A DNA stretch of 64,000 nucleotides from Squalus acanthias. Its lineage: Eukaryota. The stretch spans positions 96,970,001 through 97,034,000 of the forward strand of contig CM059431.1 of assembly GCA_030390025.1 (NCBI GenBank). Reading direction: 5' to 3'. The position numbers and the translations under genes were made by a program. Shown piece after piece: positions 10,078 through 22,604 of this stretch. The notes below the pieces were generated by a model. That model was not told where the DNA came from, made no database searches, and saw only the letters and a program-made list of their open reading frames with translations. Position 1 is the first letter of the stretch; the number at the start of each line of letters is the position of its first letter.

Positions 10078-13000
10078 ATAAGAACGTAAGAAATAGGAGC
10101 AGGAGTAGGCCATTTGGCCCTTCGAGCCTGCTCCGCCATTCAATAAGATCATGGCTGATCTTCTACCTCAACTCCACTTACCTGCATTATCCCCATATCA
10201 CTTAATATCCAAAAATCTATCGATCTCTCCACAGCCCTTTGGGGTAGAGAATTCCAAAGATTCACCACCCTCTGAGTGAAGAAATTTCTCCTCATATCAG
10301 TCCTAAATAGCCAACCCCTTATTCTGAGACTGTGACCCCTGGTTCTAGACTCCCCAATGAGGGAAAACATCCTCCCTGCATCTACCCTGTCAAGCCCTGT
10401 AAGAATTTTGTATGTTTCTATGAGATCACCTCTCATTCTTCTAAACTCTAGAGAATATAGGCCTAGTCTACTCAATCTCTCCTCATAGGACAATCCTCCC
10501 TTTCCAGGAATCAGTCTGGTGGAACCTTCGCTGCACTCCCTCTATGGCAAGTATATCCTTCCTTAGGTAAGGAGACCAAAAATGTACACAATACGCCAGG
10601 TGTGGTCTCACCAGGGCCCTATCTAATTGCAGTAAGATATCTTTACTCTTATACTCAAATCCTCTTGTAATAAAGGCCAGCATACCATTTGCTTTCATAA
10701 TTGTTGCTGTACCTTCATGTTAACTTTCAGTGATTCATGTACAAGGACACCCAATCCCTCTGAACACTAACATTCCCAATCTATCACCATTTAAAAAATA
10801 TTCTGCTTTTCTATTTTTCTTCCCAAAGTGGGTAACTTCACATTTCTCCACATTATATTCCATTTGCCATGTTCTTGCCCAATCACTTAGCCTGTCTATA
10901 TCCCCTTGAAGCCTCTTTGCATCCTCCTCACAACTTACATTCCCACCTAGCTTTGTTTCATCAACAAACTTGGATATATTACATTTGGTCTCCTCATCTA
11001 AATCATTGATATAGATTGTGAATAGCTGAGGCCCAAGCACTGATCCTTACGGTACCCCACTAGTTACAGCCTACCAACCCGAAAATGACCCGTTTATTCC
11101 TACTCTCTGTTTACTGTCCATTAACCAATCCTCAATCCATGCAAGTATATTATCCACAATCACATGAGCCCTAATTTTGTTCAATAACCTCTTGTGTGGC
11201 ATCTTATTGAATGCCTTCTGAAAATCCAAATACACCACATCCACTGGTTCCCCCTTATCTATTCTGTTAGTTACAACCTCAAAAAACTAACAGATTTGTC
11301 AAACGATTTCCCTTTCATAAATCCATGTTGACTCTGCCCAATCCTATTATCATTTTCTAAGTGCCCTGTTACCACGTTCTTAATAATAATTCTAGTATTT
11401 TCCCTACTACTGATGTCAGGCTAACTGGTCTGTAGTTCCCCGTTTTCTCTCTCCCTCCTTTCTTAAATAGTGGGGTTACATTTGCTACCATCCAATCCGC
11501 GGGAACCATTGTAGAATCTATGAAATTTTGGAAAATGACAACCAATGCATCCATTATCTCTATGGCCACCTCTTTCAAAACCCTAGGATGTAGGCCATTA
11601 GGTGCATGGGATTTATCAGCTTTCAGTCCCATTAATTTCTCCAGTACTATTTTTTTACTAATACTAATTTCTTTCAGTTCCTCATTCTCACTACACCCTT
11701 GGTTCTCCACTATTTCCAGGAAGTTTTTTGCGTTTCTTCCGTGAAGATAGACACAAAGTATTTGTTTAATTTTGCTGCCATTTCCTTATTCCCCATTATA
11801 ATTTCTCCTGTCTCAGCCTGTAAGGGACCCACATTTACTTTCGCTAATCTTTTCCTTTTTATGTACCTATAGAAGCTTTTACAGTCTGTTTTATGTCTCT
11901 CCCTAGTTTACTCTCGTATTCTATTTTCCCTTTCTTTGTCAATTTCTTGGTCCTCCTTTGCTGAATTCTAAAATCCTCCTAATCCTCAGGCTTATTAATA
12001 CAGAAGCAAAATACTGTAGATGCTGGAAATCTGAAATAAAAACAGAAAATGCTGGAAATACTCAGGTCAGGCAGCATAGTTTGCTTTGTTTAAATTTAAG
12101 ACCCTAGTTTCGGATTTAACGAAATCACTTTCAAACTCAATATAAAATTCTATCATATTATGGTCACTCTTCCCTAAAGGCCCCTTTACTACAAGGTTAT
12201 TAATTAACCCTTTCTCATTGCACAATACTAGATCTAAAATTGCCTGTTCCCTTGTTGGTTCCTCAACATACTGATCTAGAAAACTATCTTGCATACATTC
12301 CATGAATTTGTCCTCCACACTATTACTGCAAATTTTGTTTGCCCAGTCTATATGTAGATTAAAGTCCCCCATGATTACTGTATTACCCTTGTTACATTTG
12401 CCTCTAATTTCCTGATTTATACTCTGCCCTACATTACAGCTTCTGTTTGGGGGCCTATAAACAACTCCCACCAATGTTTTCTGCCCCTTGTTGTTTCTTA
12501 GCTCCACCCAAACTGATTCTACTTCTTGTTTTTCGGAGCTAAGATCCTTTCTCTCTACTGTCTTTATCCCATCCTTTATTATCAGGGCTACCCCTCCTCC
12601 TTTTCCATTTTGCCTATCTCTTCTACAAGTTAAATATCCTGGAATATTTAGTTCCCAACCTTGGCCACATTGCAACCATGTCTCCGTAATGGCTATTAGA
12701 TCAAACCTGTTAATCGCTATCTGCGCTATTAATCCATCTATTTTGTTGCGAACGGTTCGTGCATTCAGATATAGTGGCCTTAGCTTTGACTTATTTCTAT
12801 TTTTCCCTGATGTCCTGTTAGTCACTGATGCCTTATTACCTTTGTTACTCTCTCTGTCCTTTCCTGACCCACTCTGCTTATTTTTATCCAAAACTCTACT
12901 CTGCTCTGGAGCCTTGGTATTTCTCTCACTGCTTTTAAATTTACTCTTTCCTGAATCCTCCCCCTCCCCCTGCCCCATCATTAGTTTAAAGCCCTGTCTG

Positions 13001-14173
13001 CTGCCCTAGTTATTCGGTTTGCCTGGACATTGGTCCCAGCCCGGTTTAAGTGGAGCTCGTCCCAATGGAACAGCTCCCTCTTTCCCCAGTACTGGTGCCA
13101 TGAACTGAAACCCCCTTCCTCCCACACCACTCTTTGAGCCATGCAACTGTTAATCTGTTTGTCCCTATGCCAATTTGCACGTGGCTCAGGTAACAATCCA
13201 GAGATTAATACCTTTGAGGTTCTGCTTTTTAATTTGGATCCTAGCTCCTCAAACTCCCTCAGTAGAACCTCATTCCTAGTTCTATCTATGTCGTTGGTTC
13301 CTACGTGGACCACGACAACTGGATCCTCCCCCTCTCACTCCAGATTCTCCTCCAGCCGCGAGGAGATGTCTTTAACCCTGGCACCGGGCAGGCAACACAA
13401 CCTTCGGAACTCTCGATCGCGGCTGCAGAGAACAGTATCTATTCCCCGACTATATTGTCCCCTACCACAACTACATTCCCTTTCACTTCCTCCACTTGAA
13501 TGGCCTCCTGCACCATGGTCAGCTTGCTCATCCATCCCGCAGGCTTTTCTCTCATCCACACAGGCAGCAGGAACCTCAAACCTATTGGACAAGGGCAAAG
13601 GCTGAGGCTCCTCCAGAACTGCACCTGGGGTACCCTTACCTGCCTGAGTTGCAGTTACACCCTCCTGTCCCTGACCACTAACCAGACCTGTACCACTACC
13701 TAACCTAAGGGGTGTGACTGCCTCCTGGATCAAAGTGTCCAGGTAACTCTCCCCATCCCTGATGCCCCGCAATGTCTGCACCTCAGACTCCAGCTCAAAA
13801 ACTCTGAGCTGAAGTTCCTCAAGATGCAGGCACTTACTGCAAACGTGGTTGTCCGGGATCACAATGCTCTCCATAAACTCCCACATGCTGCAGTTGCGAC
13901 ACACCACCTGCACTACCATCCCTAAATGACCTTGTTTTATTTAATTAAATTTGTAATTAGGTAACTTAGTTTACAGTGTAGTTTCTTGACTACTTACTTG
14001 ATCTAGATTAAGTTATGGGTACTGAAATTAAATATCTACCTGTAACACACAGCACTACAAGTAGTGTAGGCAAAAAGCAAAAACTCCTTCCCCATCTTCT
14101 CCAAATTCCCACTCTTTCCAAATTTCCAAATAAAACATTCTGTTTAAGTACACTCTGTTTTAATCCCGCTCTG
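10078..14173 (-). mobile_element. Near full-length decayed CR1 LINE (5' UTR, ORF1, ORF2, 3' tail)
   Basis: ORF1 has a Cys-rich N-terminus (CRNC..CSKC) and an SGNH-esterase-like motif (LPGA...VHVGTNDI) at 12981-13919. The APE endonuclease (NART, ETWL, GDFN, SDH) is at 12067-12981. RT fragments span 10149-11710 with frameshifts. Confidence 0.9.
11996..12077 (-). mobile_element. Penelope-like element terminal fragment inside the CR1
   Basis: GCAAAATACTGTAGATGCTGGAAATCTGAAATAAAAACAGAAAATGCTGG matches the arms at 14768 and 20768-20853. It coincides with loss of part of the host CR1 ORF2. Confidence 0.7.
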
Positions 14174-14864
14174 TACCGGGGTGATAGATTTAAAGTAATT
14201 GGTAGAAGGACTAGAGGGGAGTTGAGGAGAACTTTTTTCACCCAGAGGGTGGTGGGGGTCTGGAACTCACTGCCTGAAAGGGTGGTAGAGGCAGAAACCC
14301 TCATCACATTTAAGAAGTACTTGGATATGCACTTGAAGTGCCGTAAACTCCAAGGCTACAGACGAAGAGCTGGAAAATGGGATTAGGCTGAATAGCTCTT
14401 TCGACCGGCGCAGACATGATGGGCCGAATGGACTCCTTCAGTGCCATAAATGTCTATGATTCTATGAAAGCAATCAAATTAAAAGGAGCACCCGAGAGAA
14501 GCGATGTAATACATAATAGCACACTATCCTATTCCTGAGCAGTTGATTTGTGTGCTCATTAACTGGATAAAATGAGTCTAAACTACTGCTGAAAGGGAAG
14601 TCCAGTCCAGTTCATCTTCCACCTATTCGCTGTGCAGGAAAGTACATTTAATATTAGTCGATCATACCTTAGATGTTTCTGTACTTTATGGTCATTTTAT
14701 TCCAATTTTCCGTGCAAAAGCTGACAGCGCTGGATTATGATTCAGTCAACTATATTTCACCTTATACAAAAAGAAAATACTGCAGATGCTGGAAATCTGA
14801 AATAAAAACAGAAAATGCTGGAGATACTCAGCAGGTCAGGCAGCATCTGTGAAGAGAGAAACAG

Positions 14865-14901
14865 AGTTAACGTTTCAGGTCGATGACCCTTCGTCAGAAC
14901 T
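14865..14901 (-). ncRNA. Minimal hammerhead ribozyme motif
   Basis: Minus strand reads AGTT-CTGACGA-AGGgtcatcgaCCT-GAAACGTT-AACT: both core boxes, short stems I and II, and a palindromic ACGT in place of stem III. Confidence 0.65.
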
Positions 14902-15172
14902 GGAAAAAAGCAGGAAATGGAACAGATTTTTAAGCAAGTGTAGGGGCTGGGAAAGGGGGAGGGAATGAAAGAACAAAAGGGAAGGTCTGAGATAGGATAG
15001 AAGGCAGGAGAGGTTAAGAGACATTAAGAGAGATTCAAGGCAAAAGGAGATGGCAATGGGACAGGTTAAGAAACAAAGGATGGCTCTAGATGAAGTGTGA
15101 ATTGCCAGCACCCTCCCCCTTTTCCCAACCTCTACACTTGCTTAAAACTCTGTTCCATTTCCTGCTTTTTCC

Positions 15173-15209
15173 AGTTCTGACGAAGGGGCATCGACCTGAA
15201 ATGTTAACT
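15173..15209 (+). ncRNA. Minimal hammerhead ribozyme motif, mutated copy
   Basis: AGTT-CTGACGA-AGGggcatcgaCCT-GAAATGTT-AACT; a C>T change disrupts the ACGT palindrome. Confidence 0.5.
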
Positions 15210-16569
15210 CTGTTTCTCTCTTCACAGACGCTACCTGACCTGCTGAGTATCTCCAGCATTTTCTGTTTTTATTTTATATTTCACCTTTATAGTATCAGCA
15301 AGGTGTAATTGGCTGTGAATATAGCACAGGGAAAGTGGGCTGTGTAATAAATTACAAGAAGGGAGAATTCAGAAAGGATCACCACCACAATATTGTGGGT
15401 GGAATTATTACCATGTACTTTTGCTCATATCACATGTAAAACATTTTAACACTGGAACTGGTTTTGGATTTATGAAATACAGTATATTGCGATTTCTATT
15501 AGAGAAATACATTCATGTAAATTAAGTGACGCAATAAAATGCAATGACAATTTTGAGTGGAATAATAAAGGACCTGTTCGAACAACTACACAACTGCAGA
15601 GTGTTTTAACTTAATGATGTCTTGTAAAAGCTTTAATGTCAAGAAGTCTATTTTTAATATAAAAGAAAAGGTTAGCCAACTAACAAAAACAATTAATGAT
15701 AAGCTTAACCAAACGTATAACCCCTCCCCTCACAGGGTGGGTTAATTCCCTGCCCCCACAGCCAAGGACCTGCCTGCCGTTACCATGGTTACTTCCCGGG
15801 TGGCCATTTTCTTCAGGCCCCGGGGCAGGCCAACAAAGGAACTTCCAACAGTTGACCTCTTTAGAACTTCTCCAACAAGTCTGTGACCGACAAACGTGAA
15901 ACCTCCAACGCCACTTTAGATTTTGTGCATTTGTTGTTGCTGCCTCATCCCAAATGGGGACAATTCCGAACCCACATGATGGACTATCAATGGAGGCTAA
16001 AGTTAACTGCCTTCAGAAGGCTTCATTCCATTGAACGGCAGAGTCTCCCCACAATTCACCCCCATCTTAAGGTGAACCTAAACTTTGACACAGAATAAGC
16101 AGCAAGAGGCCTTCATCCCACGGACGCTGTCACTGACTGTCCGCTTCTCACTCTGGATCATGTTTGGATCTCCAGGAGATAAGGAACAAACCCCCCGCAA
16201 CACCATTGGCCTCTGGTGTTTACCAGAAGCCTGGCTCCACAGTGATTGGCTGTTGATGCTACCAGCAGGTAATTATTGGTCGTTCAGTAGATAATCAGCG
16301 AGAATACAGACAATTATCTGCTATTAACTGTACACAAATATCACGTTAAATTGAATTCACCAGACAAAAGGACGTGGAGAGTCCCCGGGACCTGCGTGCG
16401 GGAAGGGGCACGAGTGAAAGTTCCATCTACCCGTAACAGAAAGCACTCGAGGGTTTAACAGGAATCTTCTTTAAACAATAGTTCAGGTAGGATCACCCAA
16501 CACATTCAGGCACAGATTGGAATGTCATGAGATAAGGAATGGCTCACCGTGTTTCAATGCCTACTCAAT

Positions 16570-17125
16570 ATAGAATCATAGAATGATGCAGCACAGGCAT
16601 TCGGCCCATCGTGCCTGTGCCGGCTCTTATGAAAGAGTTATCCAATTAGTCCCACTCCCCCCTGCTCTTTCCCCATAGCCCAGTAATTTTTTCCCTTTAA
16701 GTATTTATCCAATTCCCTTTTGAAAGTTAATACTGAATCTGCTTCCACCACCCTTTCATGCAGCGCATTCCAAATCACAACCACTCGCTGCGTAAAAATA
16801 AAAATCCTCATGTCTTATGTTTCTTAAATCGGTGTCCTCTGGTTACCGACCCTTCTGCCAGTGGAAACAGTTTCTCCTTATTTACTCTATCAAACCCCTG
16901 CATGATTTTGAAAACCTCTATCAAATCTCCTCTTAGCCTTCTCTGCTCTAAGAAGAACAATCCCAGCTTCTCTAGTCTCTCCACATAACACATGTCCCTC
17001 AACCCTGGTACCATTCGTTTCAATCTCTTCTGCTGCACTTGTCCCTAGGCCTTGACAACCTTCCTAAATTGTGGTGCCCAGAATTGAACACAAAACTCCA
17101 GATAAGGCCTAATCTGTTTTATAAA
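16570..17125 (-). mobile_element. CR1 LINE 3' fragment
   Basis: ORF 16808..17038 (RRLRGDLIEVFKIM...TRGHRFK) and a TAGAATCATAGAAT tail. Confidence 0.85.
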
Positions 17126-18288
17126 ATAGTCTCCATATTTACAAAATGGGTTGTAGTGTTTCAATGGCTGGTCTATATTCTCAGTGTTTATGGTATGGCT
17201 CAGTGCCCCTTATGATGTATACCAGTATCACCTCTCCACTTGTGGCTTGTTTTTTTTAATTCGTTTATGGGATGTGGGTGTCTCTGACAAGGCCAGCATT
17301 TATTGCCCATCCCTAGTTGCCCTTGAGAAGGTGGTGGTGAGCCGCCACCTTGAACCGCTGCAGTCCGTGTGGTGAAGGTACTCCCACAATGCTGTGAGGT
17401 AGGGTGTTCCAGGATTTTGACCCAGCGACGATGAAGGATCGGTGATATACTTCCAAGTCAGGATGGTGTGTGACTTGGAGGGGAACTTGGAGGTGGTGGT
17501 GTTCCCATGCGCCTGCTGCCCTTGTCCTTCTAGGTGGAAGAGGTCGCGGGTTTGTGAGGTGCTGTGGAAGAAGCCTTGGCGCGTTGCTGCAGTGCATCTC
17601 GTAGATGGTACACACTGCAGCCACGGTGCACCGGTGGTGGAGGGAGTGAATGTTTAAGGTGGTGGGTGGGGTGCCAATCAAGCGGGCTGCTTTTTCCTGG
17701 ATGGTGTCGAGCTTCCTGAGTGTTGTTGGAGCTGCACTCATCCAGGCAAGTGGACAATATTCCATCACACTCCTTAATTGTGTCTTGTAGATGGTGGAAA
17801 GGCTTTGGGGAGTCAGGAAGTGAGACACTCGCTGCAGAATACCTAGCCTCTGACCTGCTCTTGTTGCCACAGTATTTATGTGGCTGGTCCAGTTAAGTTT
17901 CTGGTCAATGCTGACCCCCCAGGATGTTGATGGTGGGGGATTCGACAATGGTAATGCCGTTGAGTGTCAAGGGGCGGTGGTTAGGTGCTCACTTGTTGGA
18001 GATAGTCATTGCCTGGCACTTGTGTGGCGTGAATGTTACCTGCCACTTATCAGCCCAAGCCTGAATGTCGTCCAGGTCTTGTTGCATACGGACATGGACT
18101 GCTTCATTATCTGAGGAGTTGTGAATGGCACTGAACACTGTGCAGTCATCAGCGAACATCCCCGTTTCTGAACTTATGTTGGAGGGAAGGTCATTGATGA
18201 AGCAGCTGAAGATGGTTGGGCCTAAGACACTGCCCTCAGGAACTCCTGCAACAATGTTCTGGGGCTGTGATGATTGACCTTCAACCAT

Positions 18289-21281
18289 GTTAACGGATAC
18301 GATGTGATTGGGATTACAGAGACGTGGCTCCAGAACAATCCAGGCTGGGAACTGAACATCCAGGGGTATTCAACATTCAGAAAGGATAGAATAAAAGGAA
18401 AAGGGGGTGGGGTAGCATTGCTGGTTAAAGAGGAGATTAATGCAATAGCTAGGAAGGACATCAGCTTGGAGGATGTGGAATCAATATGGGTTGAGCTGCA
18501 GAACACCAAAGGGCAGAAAACTTTAGTGGGAGTTGTGTACAGACCTCCAAACAGCAGTAGTGAGGTGGGGGAGGGTATGAAACAGGAAATCAGAGGTGCG
18601 TGCAAAAAAGGCACGGCAGTTATCATGGGTGACTTTAATATGCATATAGATTGGGCTACTCAAACTGGAAGCAATACGGTGGAGGAGGATTTCCTGGAGT
18701 GTTTAAGGGATGGTTTCCTAAACCAATATGTTGAGGAACCAACTCGAGGGGAGGCCATCCTGGACTGGGTGTTGTGTAATGAGGAGGGACTAATCAGCAA
18801 TCTTGTGGTACGAGGCCCCCTGGGGAAGAGTGACCATAGTATGGTGGAGTTGAACATTAGGATGGAGAAGGAAACAGTTAAGTCAGAGACCATGGTCCAG
18901 AACTTAAATAAGGGCAACTTTGAGGGTATGAGGCGTGAATTGGCGAGGTTAAATTGGCAAGCGATATTTAAGGGGCTATCAGTGGAAGGGCAATGGCAGA
19001 CATTTAGAGATCGCATGGATGAACTACAACAATTGTACATCCCGGTCTGGCGTAAAAATAAAAAAGGGAAGGTGGCTCAACCATGGCTAACAAGGGAAAT
19101 CAGGGATAGTATTAAAACCAAGGAAGTTGCATACAAATTGGCCAGAAGTAGCAGCAAACCCGGGGACTGGGAGAACTTCAAAACGCAGCAGAGGAGGACG
19201 AAGGGTTTGATTAGGGCAGGGAAAATAAAATATGAAAGGAAGCTTGCAGAGAACATTAAAATGGACTGCAAAAGCTTCTATAAATATGTAAAAAGAAAGA
19301 GGTTAGTAAAAACAAACGTAGGTCCCCTGCAGTCGGAAACAGGGGAAGTCGTAATGGGGAACAAGGAAATGGCAGATCAATTGAACAAGTACTTTGGTTC
19401 GGTGTTTACTGTGGAGGACACACACAACCTGCCGGAAATAAAAGGGGTCAGAGGATCTGGTAAGAGGGAGGAGCTGAGGGAAATCCTTATTAGTCGGGAA
19501 AAGGTATTGGGGAAATTGATGGGACTGAAGGCTGAAAAATCCCCGGGGCCTGATGGTCTGCATCCCAGAGTACTTAAGGAGGTGGCCTTGGAAATAGTGG
19601 ATGCATTGACGATCATTTTCCAACATTCCTTAGACTCTGGATCAGTTCCGATGGAGTGGAGGGTGGCCAATGTAACCCCTCTTTTTAAAAAAGGAGGGAG
19701 GGAGAAAGCAGGGAATTATAGACCGGTCAGCCTGACATCGGTCGTGGGTAAAATGATGGAAGCAATTATTAAAGATGTCATAACAGACCATTTGGAAAGT
19801 GGCGACATGATAGGTCCAAGTCAGCATGGATTTGTGAAAGGGAAATCATGCTTGACAAATCTTCTGGAATTTTTTGAGGATGTTTCCAATAGGGTGGACA
19901 GGGGGGAACCAGTAGATGTGGTGTATTTGGACTTTCAGAAGGCCTTCGACAAGGTCCCACACAAGAGATTGGTGAGCAAAGTTAAAGCACATGGGATTGG
20001 GGGTAATGTGTTGACGTGGATTGAGAACTGGTTGGCACACAGGAAACAAAGAGTAGGAGTAAATGGGTACTTTTCAGAATGGCAGGCAGTGACCAGCGGG
20101 GTACCGCAGGGTTCGGTGCTGGGACCCCAGCTGTTTACATTATATATTAATGATTTGGACGAAGGGATTAAATGTAATATCTCCAAATTTGCGGATGACA
20201 CTAAATTGGGAGGCAGTGTGAACAATGAGGAGGATGCTAGGAGGCTACAGAGTGACTTGGACAGGTTGGGTGAATGGGCAAATGTATGGCAGATGAAGTA
20301 CAATGTGGATAAATGTGAGGTTATCCACTTTGGTGGTAAAAATAGAGAGGCGGAATATTACCTGAATGGTGGCAGATTAGGGAAAGGGGACGTGCAACGA
20401 GACCTGGGCGTCATGGTACATCAGTCACTGAAGGTGGGAATGCAAGTGCAGCAGGCAGTCAAGAAAGCAAACGGAATGATGGCCTTCATAGCAAGGGGAT
20501 TTGAGTACAGGAGTAGGGAGGTGATGCTACAGTTGTACAGGGCCTTGGTGAGGCCACACCTGGAGTATTGTGCGCAGTTTTGGTCTCCTAACTTAAGGAA
20601 GGACATTCTTGCTATTGAGGGAGTGCAGCGAAGGTTCACTAGATTGATTCCTGGGATGGCCGGACTGACATATCAAGAAAGATTGGGTCAACTGAACTTG
20701 TATCCTCTGGAATAACAACAGAAAACGCTGGAAAAACTCAGCAGGCCAGGCAGCATCCGTGGAGATCTCTCCACGGATGCTGCCTGGCCTGCTGAGTTTT
20801 TCCAGCGTTTTCTGTTGTTATTTCGGATTTCCAGCATCTGCAGTATTTTGCTATTGTATCCTCTGGAGTTCAGAAGAATGAGGGGGGATCTTATAGAGAC
20901 ATTTAAAATCCTGACTGGTTTAGACAAATTAGATGCGGGCAGAATGTTCCCAATGGTAGGGAAAACTAGAACCAGGGGTCACAGTCTAAGGATTAAGGGG
21001 AAGCCATTTAGGACTGAGCTGAGGAGGAACTTCTTCACCCAGAGAGTGGTGAATCTATGGAATTCTCTTCCACAGAAGGTTGTTGAGGCCAGTTTGCTAA
21101 ATATATTCAAAAGGGAGTTAGATATAACACTCACAACTAAGGGGATCAAGGGGTATGGCGAGAAAGCAGGAATGGGGTACTGAGGTAGCATGTTCAGCCA
21201 TGAACGCATTGAATGGCGGTGCAGGCTCGAAGGACCGAATGGTCTACTCCTGTACCTATTTTCTATGTTTCTATGTTTCTA
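18289..21281 (+). mobile_element. Young 5'-truncated CR1 LINE (APE + RT) with 7-bp TSD
   Basis: Uninterrupted ORF 18274..20715 ([36 protein letters not shown]) continues after the 20712-20853 insert. TTTCTATG tail repeats at the 3' end. CAACCAT is duplicated at 18282-18288 and 21282-21288. Confidence 0.95.
20712..20853. mobile_element. 142-bp Penelope-type fold-back insertion with 14-bp TSD
   Basis: Perfect 55-bp inverted repeat (20711-20765 and 20768-20822) plus a 31-nt tail. TTGTATCCTCTGGA is duplicated at 20698-20711 and 20854-20867. Confidence 0.85.
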
Positions 21282-22604
21282 CAACCATCTTCCTTTGTGC
21301 TAGATATGACTCCAGCCAGTGGAGCATTTCCCCCCCGATTCCCATTGACTTCAGTTTTACTAGGGCTCCTTGATGCCACACTCGGGCAGTCACTCTCACC
21401 TCACCTCTGGAATTCAGCTCCTTTGTCCATGTTTGGACCAAGGCTGTAATGAGGTCGAGAGCTGAGTGGTCTTGGCGGAACTCAAACTGGGCATCAGTGA
21501 GCAGGCTATTGGTGAGTAAGTGCCGCTTGATAGCACTGTCGAATACCCCTTCCATCACTTTGCTGATGATTGAGAGTAGACTGATGGGCGGTAATTGGCC
21601 GGATTGGATTTGTCCTGCTTTTTGTGGACAGGACATACCTGGGCAGTTTTCCACATTGTCGGATCGATTCCAGTGTTGTAGCTGTACTGGAACAGCTTGG
21701 CTAGAGGCACGGCTAGTTCTGGAGCATAAGTCTTCAGCACGATAGCCGGAATGTTTTCGGGGCCTATAGCCTTTGCTTTATCCAGGGCGGTCAGCCGTTT
21801 CTTGATATCATGTGGAGTGAATCAAATTGGCTGAAGACTGCCTCCTGTGATGGTGGGGACCTCAGGAAGAGGCCGATATGGATCATCCACTCGGCACTTC
21901 TGGCTAAAGATGGTTGCAAACGCTTCAGTTTTGTCTTTTGCACTCACGTGCTGGGCTCCACCATCATTGAGGATAGGGATATTCATAGAGCCTCTTCCTC
22001 CCGTTAGTTGTTTAATGGTCCTAGCTTGGTACTGTGCACTATGCAGTGTGAGTTTGTGCATTTCCCCGTGCATTGTGCTCATTCTAGTTTCCATTTTTGT
22101 CCATCTTCTACATTGATTGTGGATGTTAAGTACATTCCAACAAGTTCTCTTCAGCAGGAACAGGCACATGTTTCAGTGATGGTGCATTGTAAATTATAAC
22201 ACTAAAATACCTGGTAATTTAAATGGACAAAGTGTTTACTCAAACAGCCAATTCCAGCTGCTTGTGAACAATCTGGTAGATTTCGGGCAGGCATTCTGCA
22301 ACTCCCTTAATCTGAAGGGGTCGGGCCTCAGAGTCTGCTGCATATTTATTAGAGGAGTGGGTGAAATTCAGATTCTGTAGAAGTATCTGAGGCAAACCTC
22401 TTCCAAGTTTGTGGGTTTTGTAGTCATGTGATTCCTCGTGTTGAAACTGGTGTATCCCGCAGGAATTGATGGGATCCTATAATTAATCAAATGGCCAACA
22501 AATGTACTTAAACCCATTAATAGCAGATACCGAGAGCAGATTGCAGGAATTTAATACCTAGGAGTTCTCCACTCTATTACATATATATATAAAAATTCAT
22601 TTAA

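Larger units (their letters stand above)
8270..14467 (+). mobile_element. 5'-truncated CR1 LINE in two pieces (about 8270-10077 and 14174-14467) around a full-length CR1
   Basis: ORF2 pieces (KFADDTK, RPQLEYCVQFW) stop at ...LFPLAEQSIT. The expected continuation (RGDRFKV...FFTQRVV..WNSLP) resumes at about 14175 and ends in a CTATGATTCTATG tail. Confidence 0.85.
14767..15274. mobile_element. Penelope-like element, inverted terminal (pLTR) structure with TSD
   Basis: About 160-bp imperfect inverted arms (about 14801-14963 and 15111-15273), with an extra ~33-nt tail on the left arm only. Flanked by TATATTTCACCTT(T)ATA at 14751-14766 and 15275-15291. Confidence 0.8.
17250..22010 (-). mobile_element. 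5'-truncated LINE of the CR1/L2 supergroup, split by a CR1 insertion (pieces about 17250-18288 and 21282-22010)
   Basis: RT ORF pieces 17313..17948, 17989..18288 and 21271..21740. The sequence QRKMVVE/GQSS is interrupted at the insertion. A-rich 3' end near 17250-17258. Confidence 0.85.

Noticed and set aside
15700..16450. Possible decayed MITE or exon-bearing segment
   Set aside because: No matching termini, TSD or coherent reading frame could be established by eye.
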